Shown: in pieces, positions 12,312 through 26,012 of the stretch
How positions within the stretch are numbered: the first letter of the stretch is position 1
How the letters are laid out: every line of letters starts with the position of its first letter
DNA from: Macrostomum lignano
Lineage: Eukaryota
Length of the DNA: 49,239 nucleotides
NCBI GenBank assembly: GCA_002269645.1
Contig: NIVC01001198.1
Span: forward strand, 1-49,239
Direction: 5' to 3'
Translations under genes and position numbers: made by a program
Notes under the pieces: model-generated
Databases searched by the model: none
Seen by the model: only the letters and a program-made list of their open reading frames with translations
What the model was told of the DNA's origin: nothing

Positions 12312-13370
12312 CGAAGGACTAGTAGGAGCTAATGGAGGACTGGGAGGAGCTAATGATGGACTAGTAGGAGCTAATGGTGGACTAGTAGGAGCTAATGGTG
12401 GACTAGTAGGAACTAATGAAGGACTAGTAGGAGTTAATGAAGGACTAGTAGGAGCTAATGAAGGACTAGTAGGAGCTAATGGAGGACTAGTAGGAGCTAA
12501 TGAAGGACTAGTAGGAGCTAATGAAGGACTAGTAGGAGCTAATGGAGGACTAGTAGGAGCTAATGAAGGACTAGTAGGAGCTAATGAAGGACTAGTAGGA
12601 GCTAATAAAGGACTAGTAGGAGCTAATGAAGGACTAGTAGGAGCTAATGAAGGACTAGTAGGAGCTAATGAAGGACCGGTAGGAGCTAAAGAAGGACTAG
12701 TGGGAGCTAATGGTGGACTAGTAGGAACTAATGATGGACTAGTAGGAGCTAATGATGGACTAGTAGGAGCTAATGAAGGACTAGTAGGAGCTAATGAAGG
12801 ACTAGTAGGAGCTAATGAAGGACTGGGAGGAGCTAATGAAGGACTAGTAGGAGCTAATGGAGGACTAGTAGGAGCTAATGAAGGACTAGTAGGAGCTAAT
12901 GAAGGACTAGTAGGAGCTAATGAAGGACTAGTAGGAGCTAATGAAGGACTAGTAGGAGCTAATGAAGGACTAGTAGGAGCTAATGAAGGACCGGTAGGAG
13001 CTAATGAAGGACTAGTGGGAGCTAATGGTGGACTAGTAGGAACTAATGATGGACTAGTAGGAGCTAATGATGGACTAGTAGGAGCTAATGATGGACTAGT
13101 AGGAGCTAATGAAGGACTGGGAGGAGCTAATGAAGGACTGGGAGGAGCTAATGAAGGACTGGGAGGAGCTAATGAAGGACTAGTAGGAGCTAATGAAGGA
13201 CTAGTAGGAGCTAATGAAGGACTAGTAGGAGCTAATGGAGGACTGGGAGGAGCTAATGATGGACTAGTAGGAGCTAATGAAGGACTAGTAGGAGCTAATG
13301 AAGGACTAGTAGGAGCTAATGGAGGACTAGTAGGAGCTAATGAAGGACCGGTAGGAGCTAATGAAGGACC
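12312..13370. repeat. 21-bp minisatellite GGACTAGTAGGAGCTAATGAA
   Basis: About 50 tandem units; source of the artefact GLVGANE ORF. Confidence 0.95.
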
Positions 13371-13834
13371 TAGGCTCTTGTTACGCCGGTTCTGGCAAGT
13401 CCATCAAGACTACATTAAAAACAGTAAATCTTGTTTTTCAGTCTACCATATTCTGTTGCACAGTCGGATGCGTACGCAAGAATCACCCAGAAAGTTTTTT
13501 ACTTACTAGTATTATACGTACTCGTAGTAAAATAAATGGCAAAATGCGAGCTCAAACATCTGGGACAAATCCTCAAAAACGTTTGAGCCGAAATATTGGA
13601 CACGGAAAAGACACCAATTTATTTGAGTGGGTGGGCGGCTTCGCGAGGGCTCTGATTGAATTATTCATTGCAGCTGCCCTGCCGCTGGTGCGTCTCACTT
13701 GCTCACATTGTTTCTGAGAGCTGAAGCCGCCGCTGCCGCCTCTGTCTCACCACAGTGCTGGCTGATGGCAAAGGAAAACTAACTAAACCAAAATCTATTT
13801 GCACTCGGAGGTCTCGTGCTGTATACTATTTTTA

Positions 13835-14643
<809 letters not shown>

Positions 14644-15243
14644 CTAGGTTCCTAGGGGATGTACATACTGTACTTTCAAAGAATAGCGAGTCGCACTTAT
14701 CTGTCTGAACTATTTTCGACATCTTGCAATCTCTTGTCTGAGCTGGTCTCTCACGTCCGGAATCTCAAATGTCTGAAATTGAAAAGAAAGCTGCAGACTC
14801 AGGAGCGAATGATGAAGAGTGAATACATAATTAATAATGCTAAACTCTCAGTGCAGGGTTAGGCTTGAATTCTTCTCTCGTTCTAAGAAGCACAATCAGC
14901 TAAGCAAAATGGACTCGGGTGAGAGAGAGGGGGGAGGGGGAAGGCCAGAGGGGGCCGCAGTGGGAGGAGTAGAGTGCAGCTGGTGGACCGTTTCCGTGCT
15001 TCAACTCAAAGCAGCTTAGCATTAGCTTACTAAGGTAGCGTGCGCAGCATTCTGGGCCTAAAATGTTTCTCTCCCCCCCCCCTAGCTACCTTGCATAATT
15101 AGCCTGCCTACCTACTTGTTCTTTTTTCCTTGTTTTTGCGAGAGCTCTCTGCCGTTCGCTGCAATTCTCTGATGGAGGCGCTGGGGGGAGATTTATGCAA
15201 TACTTCCCAGTGACAATGAAAATTTTCTGACCTGGCATTTCAG

Positions 15244-15305
15244 TCCGTGTCCTGCGCTGACGATGGCAGCAACTTTGACGCTGCCTGCACTACGGACTCA
15301 AGGCG
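15244..15305 (+). CDS. unc-13: unc-13 linker exon (SVSCADDGSNFDAACTTDSR)
   Basis: tttcag|...|gtaagc junctions; phase 0 to phase 2 joins in frame to exon 15841. There is no direct homology evidence. Confidence 0.55.
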
Positions 15306-15329
15306 GTAAGCTGCGATGAGGCTAGAAAT

Positions 15330-15660
15330 AGGATGAGATGAAGCTGAGTATGAAGCTAGGGATGAAGCTAGGAATGAAGCTGGGGATGAAGCTAGAGATG
15401 AAGCTGGGATGAAGCTAGAGATGAAGCTGGGGATGAAGCTGGGGATGAAGCTGGGGATGAAGCTGGGGATGAAGCTATCACGATGAAGCTAGAGATGAAG
15501 CTATCGAGATGAAGCTAGAGATGATGCTAGAGTTGAGGCTGGAACGTAGGGTGAGGATCACTAGGGATGAAGCTAGGGGTGAAGCTAGGGGTGAAGCTAG
15601 GGATGAAGCTGGGGATGAAGCTAGGGATGAAGCTGGGGATGAAGCTAGGGATGAAGCAAG
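15330..15660. repeat. 13-bp minisatellite GATGAAGCTAGGG
   Basis: Tandem degenerate units in a short intron. Confidence 0.85.
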
Positions 15661-15840
15661 GAATCATTATATCAATGAGGCTGGGGATATAAGCTAAGGA
15701 TGAGACTGTGGCAGGGGATGTGGCAGAGACGAAGCTAAGAATAAAATTTGACAAGTATTTAAATCTCAAGCTAGTACAAGGTACCACCTATTCAAAATCT
15801 AATGAATTGTTAAACCCTTCGATAATCCGAAACACTGCAG

Positions 15841-15930
15841 CAGCGATAAGAGCAGTTCGTTCTTCGACAGCATTGACATAATGCCGGAGTGCGCGCAAAG
15901 AGGCGAGCGATGCCATTGGTCAGCGATTTG
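15841..15930 (+). CDS. unc-13: unc-13 pre-C1 exon (SDKSSSFFDSIDIMP-x-VRAKRRAMPLVSDL), with a 1-nt frameshift
   Basis: Matches the conserved Munc13 IDSMPDxRxxxxIPLVSxL motif. Junctions are cag|...|gtgagt. One base is missing at about 15888. Confidence 0.8.
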
Positions 15931-16989
15931 GTGAGTCATTTTTGGCTGTATCCAATGATTTATAGCGAAAAAGTGACCTTGAGGGAATTCCGTTTCTATT
16001 TTTAGAAACTAGCGGGCAGAAAAGCCGTTAAGATTAAAGAATGAACAAATATTTTTATTTCAATGAATCTTGTGACCTTGTACAGTATCTAGGGCTCTGG
16101 AAATTCCGGAAGGAAAATGTTACTTTTTAAATAAGAGAATAGAAAAGCTTTTAAGAGTCACCTGCAGATATAGCACGTATAAAGTTTTGTAGTCTCAAAA
16201 GAGCTTTCCGCTTTCAGTTGCGGAATAATCTGTATCATCAGGCGAGGCTGTACCTAGGGAAAATGACCTTGAGGGAATTCCACTTCTATTTTTAGAAACT
16301 AGCGAGTTGAAAAGCTTTTTAGGCTTCTCCCTTAGATGAAATTTTTGAATCTTATAATGACCTTGAAGGAATTCCTGTTTCTATTTTAGTAGGAGTTAAA
16401 GAATTCAAAAAGTACACGTTTAAAGCCATGGTAAAGCGTCATAAAACGTTTAATTTATGTTAATTATATACTTTGTATTTTCCGGACCTCTGGCAATTCA
16501 TCATTGGCTTGATTGGCGAGCTGAAGTTGTGCGTAGTCGGCTTTGACTTTGATGGATGAATTCCGAATACTCAATACACAGGGGAGAGGGCCAGAAAGAG
16601 GAAGACAGAAAAGGGGGAATGTCTGGGGGGGGGGCACTCCCTCCTTTCTTCGCTTGACTCAAACAGCTCATTTTAGTGGCTCACACTCTGATCATCAAGG
16701 AGACCTGGCGCTGGAGACTGGAGTGCAGAAACTCTTTCATTAAACTCTGACTCTCCTGCACATGAAGGCTGAGTACGAGAAGAGAAAGATGAAGAACCTT
16801 GCTTTTGGTAGAGTCTAATCGAAGGGATCACAAAACCGAAATATCATATAGCATATGAGGTGCGCGCGATAAACTGAAAAGGAAGAGAAAATTTCACTAT
16901 CAAGTACTAGCAAATAGCTCTAGCTGGCTCTAGCAAGTACTAGTACAAGCGAAAGTGCTAGCAGTGCCCAACGCTATTCACGTTTTCGA

Positions 16990-17141
16990 GTTATGATATT
17001 TCGGGTTGTGATATTCCAGGTTTGTGATGTTTCGGGTTTGTGATATTTCGGGTTTGTGATATTCCAGGTTTGTGATATTTCGGGTTTGTGATATTTCGGG
17101 TTTGTGATATTTCGGGTTTGTGATATTTCGGGTTTGTGATA
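16990..17141. repeat. 16-bp minisatellite GATATTTCGGGTTTGT
   Basis: About 9 tandem units. Confidence 0.9.
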
Positions 17142-17747
17142 TAGCTGCATTCTCCAGATCTTGGTTAGAAAATCTCCATGACTCAGATGGAGCGAAAATA
17201 CCAATTTAACCGATGGTAGAAGATCCAGCACTGTATATATGTACATACTAGATGCTTATGGATTGTAGACTCAACCATCTGGCTATGCAGTTGCACTGTG
17301 GCCTCTCTCAGCCTCCCACAAAATTTGATGGATGCCCCCAAAAATTTTTATCCCAAGTTCGTTTAATCCATCTCGCCCTGAGCTGTTGCTCTCGAACATT
17401 CGCTCTAATAAAGCTTCGATAGCCAAAACTTAACTCCACAGGCCCGGAAGCCTGGCTTTTTGGATGAGCAGTGGGAGAAACTCCTAACCCGATTCTTCTC
17501 TACCCAGATCAGATCCCCTTTCCTAGCTTAGCAGCACTATGCAAAACTGGCCCGGGCAGACAGCAATTATGTATGCCCTTCTCCCTCTAGCGAATTTCCT
17601 GCAACTCCCCGTTGGGATTGGAATGGGATTAGGGAAGTTTGGTTCCGAGTTGTTCAGCTTGTAAAATTTAATCCCCACTGACTGCCCTACTGAATTCCCA
17701 GTTCTAATTACTTCAAGCTGCAACTTCAATTACAGAATCCCTTGGCT

Positions 17748-20010
17748 TTAACTACTGGGAATCCCTGGCTCTAACTACTGGGAATCCCTGGCTCTAACTA
17801 CTGGGAATCCCTGGCTCTAACTACTAGGAATCCCTGACTCTAAATATTGGGAATCCCTAGCTCTAACTACTGGTAATCCCTGGCTCTAACTACTGGGAAT
17901 CCCATGCTCTAACTACTGGGAATCCCTGGCTCTAACTACTAGGAATCCCTGACACTAAATATTGGGAATCCCTAGCTCTAACTACTGGTAATCCCTGGCT
18001 CTAACTACTGGGAATCCCATGCTCTAACTACTGGGAATCCCTGGCTCTAACTACTAGGAATCCCTGACTCTAAATACTGGGAATCCCTAGCTCTAACTAC
18101 TGGTAATCCCTGGCTCTAAATACTGGGAATCCCTGGCTCTAAATAATGGGAATCCTTGGCTCTAACTACTGGGAATCCCTGGCTCTAACTACTGGGAATC
18201 CCTGGCTCTAACTACTGGGAATCCCTGGCTCTAAACTACTGGGAATCCCTTGACTCTTAACTACTGGGAACCCCTGGCTCTAACTACTGGGAATCCCTGG
18301 CTCTAACTACTAGGAATCCCTGACTCTAAATACTGGGAATCCCTAGCTCTAACTACTGGTAATCCCTGGCTCTAAATACTGGGAATCCCTGGCTCTAAAT
18401 AATGGGAATCCTTGGCTCTAACTACTGGGAATCCCTGGCTCTAACTACTGGGAATCCCTGGCTCTAACTACTGGGAATCCCTGGCTCTAACTACTGGGAA
18501 TCCCTGGCTCTAAACTACTGGGAATCCCTTGACTCTTAACTACTGGGAACCCCTGGCTCTAACTACTGGGAATCCCTGGCTCTAACTACTAGGAATCCCT
18601 GACTCTAAATACTGGGAATCCCTAGCTCTAACTACTGGTAATCCCTGGCTCTAAATACTGGAATCCCTGGCTCTAAATAATGGGAATCCTTGGCTCTAAC
18701 TACTGGGAATCCCTGGCTCTAACTACTGGGAATCCCTGGCTCTAACTACTGGGAATCCCTGGCTCTAAACTACTGGGAATCCCTTGACTCTTAACTACTG
18801 GGAACCCTGGCTCTAACTACTGGGAATCCCTGGCTCTAACTACTAGGAATCCCTGACTCTAAATACTGGGAATCCCTAGCTCTAACTACTGGTAATCCCT
18901 GGCTTAAATACTGGAAATTCCTGGCTCTAAATACTGGGAATCCCTGGCTCTAAATAATGGGAATCCTTGGCTCTAACTACTGGGAATCCCTGGCTCTAAC
19001 TACTGGGAATCCCTGGCTCTAAACTACTGGGAATCCCTTGACTCTTAACTACTGGGAATCCCTGGCTCTAAATAATGGGAATCCCTGGCTCTAACTACTA
19101 GGAATCCCTGACTCTAAATACTGGGAATCCCTAGCTCTAACTACTGGTAATCCCTGGCTCTAAATACTGGGAATTCCTGGCTCTAAATACTGGGAATCCC
19201 TGGCTCTAAATAATGGGAATCCTTGGCTCTAACTACTGGGAATCCCTAGCTCTAACTACTGGGAATCCCTGGCTCTAACTACTAGGAATCCCTGACTCTA
19301 AATATTGGGAATCCCTAGCTCTAACTACTGGAATCCCTGGCTCTAACTACTGGGAATCCCTGCTCTAACTACTGGGAATCCCTGGCTCTAACTACTAGGA
19401 ATCCCTGACTCTAAATACTGGGAATCCCTAGCTCTAACTACTGGTAATCCCTGGCTCTAAATACTGGGAATCCCTGGCTCTAAATAATGGGAATCCTTGC
19501 TCTAACTACTGGGAATCCCTGGCTCTAACTACTGGGAATCCCTGGCTCTAACTACTGGGAATCCCTGGCTCTAAACTACTGGGAATCCCTTGACTCTTAA
19601 CTACTGGGAATCCCTGGCTCTAACTACTGGGAATCCCTGGCTCTAACTACTAGGAATCCCTGACTCTAAATACTGGGAATCCCTAGCTCTAACTACTGGT
19701 AATCCCTGGCTCTAAATCCTGGGAATCCCTAGCTCTAACTACTGGGAATCCCTGGCTCTAAATACTGGGAATCCCTGGCTCTAAATACTGGGAATCCCTG
19801 GCTCTAACTACTGGGAATCCCTGGCTCTAACTACTGGGAATCCCTGGCTCTAAATACTGGGAATCCCTGGCTCTAAATCCTGGGAATCCCTGGCTCTAAC
19901 TACTGGGAATCCCTGGCTCTAAACTACAGGGAATCCCTAACTCTAACTGCTGGGAATTCCTGGCTCTAAATACTGAAAATTCCTGGCTCTAAATACTGGG
20001 AATCTCTGAC
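17748..20010. repeat. 23-bp satellite CTCTAACTACTGGGAATCCCTGG with higher-order structure
   Basis: Roughly 95-100 units with recurring ordered variants. Confidence 0.95.
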
Positions 20011-20555
20011 TCGATGCTCATGAGAATGCTCGGTACTCATGAGATACCCATGATTTATTATATACTTCACGACCCAGCTAGGCTGATCACATCGCAAAAA
20101 AGGCTGAGCATAAAAAAAGTATGGGAGAAGTATTTGTCTACGAGATATATGCATGAATATCTAGAGCATACACGCCAATTTCATTGATTTGATGTGTTTG
20201 ATGAGAGTGTGTGTGTCGGAGGCAGGGAGGGGAGGTGATGAGGAAGCGAGAAAGATGGAATGGCTCTACCGGCCGAATCTGCCTCTATGCAGCCCCTGCC
20301 CTCTCCCTAACTATTTAGCATTGAATCGCCGCGCGAAGTTCTCACGCGATGGCTGATCAGCCTCGATAGCCTCTCAGGGCCGAGCACTAATCTATATAGC
20401 TAGCAGTATCCTGTGCCTTCTTTTATTCCCTCCTGATGCTGCTCAGGTGACCTGGTGCAGAGGAAATATTAGATGCATCTGATGGAATTGGAGTGCCACT
20501 CTGTACAATTAAATAATAGTACATTGAATACTGTTAAAATACATCACTCTCTCTC

Positions 20556-20930
20556 TTCCCTGTCTCCCTCTCCCTTCCCTGTAGCACTCTCCCTTCCCTG
20601 TAGCACTCTCCCTTCCCTGTAGCACTCTCCCTTCCCTGTAGCACTCTCCCTTCCCTGTAGCACTCTCCCTTCCATGTAGTACTCTCCCTTCCCTGTCTCC
20701 CTCTCCCTTCCCTGTAGCACTCTCCCTTCCCTGCCTCACTCTCCCTTCCCTGTAGCACTCTCCCTTCCCTGTAGCACTCTCCCTTCCCTGTAGCACTCTC
20801 CCTTCCCTGTAGCACTCTCCCTTCCCTGTAGCACTCTCCCTTCCCTGTAGCACTCTCCCTTCCCTGTAGCACTCTCCCTTCCCTGTAGCACTCTCCCTTC
20901 CCTGTAGCACTCTCCCTTCCCTGTAGCACT
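20556..20930. repeat. 19-bp minisatellite GCACTCTCCCTTCCCTGTA
   Basis: About 20 tandem units. Confidence 0.9.
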
Positions 20931-20983
20931 TTATCATACACCGTCTCCCAGCCACATACTCATTTTACCCTTTTTGTCTCCCG

Positions 20984-21110
<127 letters not shown>

Positions 21111-21824
21111 ATGACTGTTTGCACTCCTATAGAGGCCCATACAGTTCACTTGATCATACATGAACTTACGCCCCAGCACACATGAATGCGAAGTTTTGCA
21201 TCCGATATATATGACCTACCAGGGTAGCATAGCTCGGCTGCTTTTCCATGTATTCAAAGTCAACAAAAGAATTAGCAGTTTGAAAGTCTGGTCGCATACT
21301 GAATAGCTCTAAGTTCTGGTTGCATTGGTTTACCCTCGTACTATGGAAATTCACTCGCATTTTGTGTATATGATCGATGAGTAGTGCAGGATGGAGTTGG
21401 CCCAACCAGTGAGGATGTCAGTTGCTGTGAACTTTTCCAGGCTAAACAAATTTGTTGAGCCGATGCCAGGAGAGAATTCTAGCTTAATCCAATAGTTGCC
21501 TGACAAAGATTTTTGCTAATACTCGTAGATTGTTATCTGGTTTGGTCGGCAACTCATTTGATCCTCGATGTCATATCTGATGTCTACAATAAGCTGATTT
21601 AAACTCTTTGTTATTTCTTTAATTTTTAGGTGATGAAGGTAAACGATGGAAACTTTTCTATACTGAATCTTTTTTTGTAATTTTTCCTCAAATTTAGTCC
21701 TGCGATGCCTTGCGTATCGCATGCGCAGCGCTTTCCTATTTTAACGGTTTATTACTCCAGCCTTGCTGAAGCACTTGCAATTGTTAAATGGCACACATCA
21801 GGTCCCCAAAGTAGCACGCATCAG

Positions 21825-22623
21825 GCCCCAAAAATGACACTCATGAGATCCCCAAAATGGCACCCAACAGATCCCCAAAATGGCATCCAACAGATCCCCA
21901 AAATGGCACCTAACAGATCCCCAAAATGGCACCCAATAGATCCCCAAAATGGCACCCAACAGATCCCCAAAATGGCACCCATCAGATCTTCAAAATGGCA
22001 CTAATCAGATCCCCAAAATGGCACTAATCAGTTCCCCAAAATGGCACTCATGAGATCCCTAAAATGGCACTCATGAGATCCTTAGAATGGCACCCATCAG
22101 ATCCTCAAAATGGCACCCATCAGATCCTCAAAATGGCACCCATCAGATCTCCAAAATGGCACCCATCAGATCCACAAAATGGCATCTATCAGATCTCAAA
22201 AATGGCACCCAATAGATCCCCAAAATTGCACCCAACAGATCCCCAAAATGGCACCCATCAGATCTTCAAAATGGCACTAATCAGATCCCCAAAATGGCAC
22301 TAATCAGTTCCTCAAAATGGCACTCATGAGATCCCTAAAATGGCACTCATGAGATCCTTAGAATGGCACCATCAGATCCTCAAAATGGCACCCATCAGAT
22401 CCTCAAAATGGCACCCATCAGATCCTTAGAATGGCACCCATCAGATCCTCAAAATGGCACCCATCAGATCCTCAAAATGGCACCCATCAGATCCTTAGAA
22501 TGGCACCCATCAGATCCTCAAAATGGCACCCATCAGATCCTCAAAATGGCACCCATCAGATCCCCAAAATGGCACCCATCAGATCCACAAAATGGCATCT
22601 ATCAGATCTCAAAAATGGCACCA
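21825..22623. repeat. 23-bp minisatellite AAATGGCACCCATCAGATCCTCA
   Basis: Tandem units with block duplication of variants. Confidence 0.9.
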
Positions 22624-23061
22624 ACAATTCGATTCACTCAACACCGTAATTTTTTTTCAAATACGAGCTAAATATGATTTGTTAACGTTATGCATATGCA
22701 TCACATCCATAAATTTTCTGTTCTGCTTGGATTCGAAATAATAATAATAATATATTTGCACAAAGTCTACTAACACATTTTATTCCCACCTATCAAATCG
22801 CACCTGTGAGTCAATCAATTTGATTAATTTTATTCAGCTTAAAGCAATATTAAAAAGTTAAACTTTAACTTTCTACATACTATTCGCTGGATATTAAGAG
22901 TAATTCTTGTGCTTTAAATGAGTCCAATTTGCTATTATCACTTTCGCTTAAAACTTTTTTTATAATTTAATTTTGCGCACCTGACATACCAGTATATAGC
23001 TGCACTAAAATAACATATTGCACTTTCAAAAGTATAAAAATAAAACCGTCGCCGCACGCAG

Positions 23062-23142
23062 ACGATGGCCGCTCAGAAAAGAAATCAACTTGGCGCGTCT
23101 CTGGCCTTGGCCGCCAGGCAGAGTCTCAACGACGAAGAGCTG
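23062..23142 (+). CDS. unc-13: unc-13 exon TMAAQKRNQLGASLALAARQSLNDEEL
   Basis: Resembles the invertebrate Unc13 TMAAxKRN...LNDEEL segment just before C1; cag|...|gtgagt, phase 0/0. Confidence 0.88.
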
Positions 23143-23424
23143 GTGAGTCAGTGCTTAACTGGGAGAATTCCACCATGATTGGGGAATTCCCATTGATATG
23201 ATTTATTGTCAGAATTTATTGAATCCAATTCGATCATTATTATTAAGGAATCCCTATGTGGCCATCATTAGAGAATCCCATTTATGACCTTTGGAAAATC
23301 CCTATATCGTTTTGATAGGGAATTCCAACCTCCATGAAGAACGACCCCTTTGATAGGGAATCCCAAATGCCATTATTGAGAAATCTCTAGACTGCCTTGA
23401 TGGGAAGCCCCATCAACCAGAATC

Positions 23425-23890
23425 CTATCCGCTATGAGAGGGGAATCCTATCCCGTCTATCCTCTATGAGAGGGGAATCCTATCCCGTCTATCCTCTATG
23501 AGAGGGGAATCCTATCCCGTCTATCCTCTATGAGAGGGGAATCCTATCCCGTCTATCCTCTATGAGAGGGGAATCCTATCCCGTCTATCCTCTATGAGAG
23601 GGGAATCCTATCCGCTGTGAGAGGGAAATCCTATCCGCCATGAGGGGGGAATCCTATCCGCCATGAGGGGGGAATCCTATCCGCCATAAGAGGGGAATTC
23701 TATCCGCCATAAGAGGGGAATCCTATCCGCCATGAGAGGGGAATCCTATCCGCCATAAGAGAGGAATCCTATCCGCCATGAGAGGGGAATCCTATCCGCC
23801 ATGAGAGAGGAATCCTATCCGCCATGAGAGGGGAATCCTATCCGCCATGAGGGGGGAATCCTATACGTCATTAGGGGGAATCCTATCCGC
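23425..23890. repeat. compound 32-bp/23-bp minisatellite (ATGAGAGGGGAATCCTATCC core)
   Basis: 32-bp units switch to 23-bp units that share a core. Confidence 0.9.
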
Positions 23891-23985
23891 CATAAAAGAG
23901 GAAACCCCTCTGTTGTGAAAGAAAAACCCCATAAGTACGAGCGTACGAATAGACGTTAAGAAATATTCGCATTCTCACCCAACAG

Positions 23986-24273
23986 AAGTCGCACGTGTAC
24001 AAGAAAACTCTGCAGGCAGTCTGCTACCCAATCAGCTGTACAGTGCCGCACAGCTTTCAAGTTTGGTCGGCCACCAGTCCCACCTACTGTCACGAGTGCG
24101 AAGGCCTGCTGTGGGGCATCGCCCGTCAAGGCGTCCGCTGCAGCCAGTGCGGGGTTAAGACGCACGAGAAATGTAAAGACCTGCTGAATGCCGACTGTCT
24201 GCAACAGGCGGCTGAGAAATCCTCCAGACACGGAGCCGAAGACAAGTCGGCCGCGATTCGGCAAGCGATGCAG
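23986..24273 (+). CDS. unc-13: unc-13 C1 (DAG/phorbol ester-binding) domain exon
   Basis: [50 protein letters not shown] retains all Zn ligands of the Munc13 C1 domain. Confidence 0.97.
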
Positions 24274-24459
24274 GTGAGATGGTCATTCGTAATTTGATAA
24301 TATTGGAGGAATGCAGGCTTGAGGGCCTAATGGGGCGGAAGTAATGAAGCAGGACTGACTAAGAGTGGAATCTATCTGGTTCCTTTCTGATATCCGATAT
24401 TGGGAAGCTAATAAACAACTCTTTTTCTGCAGTGGGTACTGCCACTATCCACTGTCTTT

Positions 24460-25124
24460 AAGTAAATCTGGTCACTACCCACTGTCCTTCAGTAGGTCTG
24501 GTCACTACCCACTGTCCTTCAGTAGGTCTGGTCACTACCCACTGTCCTTCAGTAGGTCTGGTCACTACCCACTGTCCTTCAGTAGGTCTGGTCACTACCC
24601 ACTGTCCTTCAGTAGGTCTGGTCACTACCCACTGTCCTTCAGTAGGTCTGGTCACTACCCACTGTCCTTCAGTAGGTCTGGTCACTACCCACTGTCCTTC
24701 AGTAGGTCTGGTCACTACCCACTGTCCTTCAGTAGGTCTGGTCGCTACCCACTGTCCTTCAGTAGGTCTGGTCACTACCCACTGTCCTTCAGTAAGTCTG
24801 GTCACTACCCACTGTCCTTCAGTAGGTCTGGTCACTACCCACTGTCCTTCAGTAGGTCTGGTCACTACCCACTGTCCTTCAGTAGGTCTGGTCACTACCC
24901 ACTGTCCTTCAGTAGGTCTGGTCACTACCCACTGTCCTTCAGTAGGTCTGGTCACTACCCACTGTCCTTCAGTAGGTCTGGTCACTACCCACTGTCCTTC
25001 AGTAGGTCTGGTCACTACCCACTGTCCTTCAGTAGGTCTGGTCACTACCCACTGTCCTTCAGTAGGTCTGGTCACTACCCACTGTCCTTCAGTAGGTCTG
25101 GTCACTACCCACTGTCCTTCAGTA
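24460..25124. repeat. 30-bp minisatellite GGTCACTACCCACTGTCCTTCAGTAGGTCT
   Basis: About 22 nearly identical units. Confidence 0.97.
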
Positions 25125-25209
25125 TACACTAATAACCCTAGAATTTCATTTTAGAATCCTAAAAATTATCTGAAAAATGCGAAAAAATAACATATTTTGC
25201 ATCTTGCAG

Positions 25210-25511
25210 GAGAGAATGCAATCTAGAGAGCAAGCTCGACCAGAAGTATTCGAGCTCGTCCGTCGAGTATTCGGTGTCGACGAAGCGAGCCATCGGGAGC
25301 AGCTGCGCGCGGTACAACTCTCCATTCTAGAGGGCAGCAGCAACTGGAGCGCCAAGATTGCCATCACTGTGATTTGCGCGCAGGGTTTGATAGGCAAAGA
25401 TAAAACTGGCACCTCCGACCCCTACGTCACTGTGCAGGTGGGCAGGCTGAAGCGTCGAACAAAGACTGTTCCGCAAGAATTGAACCCAACCTGGAATGAG
25501 AAATTCTACTT
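25210..25511 (+). CDS. unc-13: unc-13 C1-C2B linker and first half of C2B
   Basis: [33 protein letters not shown]...LNPTWNEKF is Munc13 C2B; cag|...|gtgagt. Confidence 0.97.
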
Positions 25512-25591
25512 GTGAGTGAAAAGTACTTTTCGACTATATAGAATAGAAGAACGTACTAAATTAAGCTACTTTTTTCATCACTTGATTACAG

Positions 25592-25633
25592 CGAGTGTCA
25601 CAACTTTTCCGACCGAATCAAAGTTCGAGTTTG
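25592..25633 (+). CDS. unc-13: unc-13 C2B short exon (ECHNFSDRIKVRVW)
   Basis: Near-identical to Munc13 ECHNSSDRIKVRVW; phases fit. Confidence 0.95.
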
Positions 25634-25717
25634 GTAAGTCGATTCCATTTTATTAAATGTACGAGCTGACTAAATGTTGATTATCAGGAGCTTGGAGCAG
25701 AAAGCAGTGTGTTACAA

Positions 25718-26012
25718 GCTGAGATTTGTGTCTTTAACTGAGATTGGTGTGTCTGTAGCTGAGATTGGTGTGTCTGCAGGTGATATTGGTGTCTTTAGTT
25801 GAGATTGGTGTGTCTGCAGCTGATATTGGTGTGTCTGTAGCTGATATTGGTGTGTCTGCAGCTGAGATTGGTGTGTCTGTAGCTGATATTGGTGTGTCTG
25901 TAGCCGCAGAGATTGGTGTGTCTATAGCTGTGATAGGTGTGTCTGTAGCTGAGATTGATGTGTCTGTAGCTGAGATTGGCATGTCTGTAGCTGAAATTTG
26001 TGTCTGTAGCTG
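25718..26012. repeat. 21-bp minisatellite AGCTGAGATTGGTGTGTCTGT
   Basis: About 14 degenerate units. Confidence 0.9.

Noticed and set aside
16667-16812. Candidate extra unc-13 exon or CaM-binding segment (KETWRWRLECRNSFIKL; MKAEYEKRKMKNLAF)
   Set aside because: Every phase-compatible frame has a stop, and the model closes without it (15930 to 23062, phase 0/0).
21120-21722. Minus-strand protein-like ORF remnants
   Set aside because: They contain multiple stops of all three types and no recognisable motif, so a viral, NUMT or transposon origin cannot be supported.
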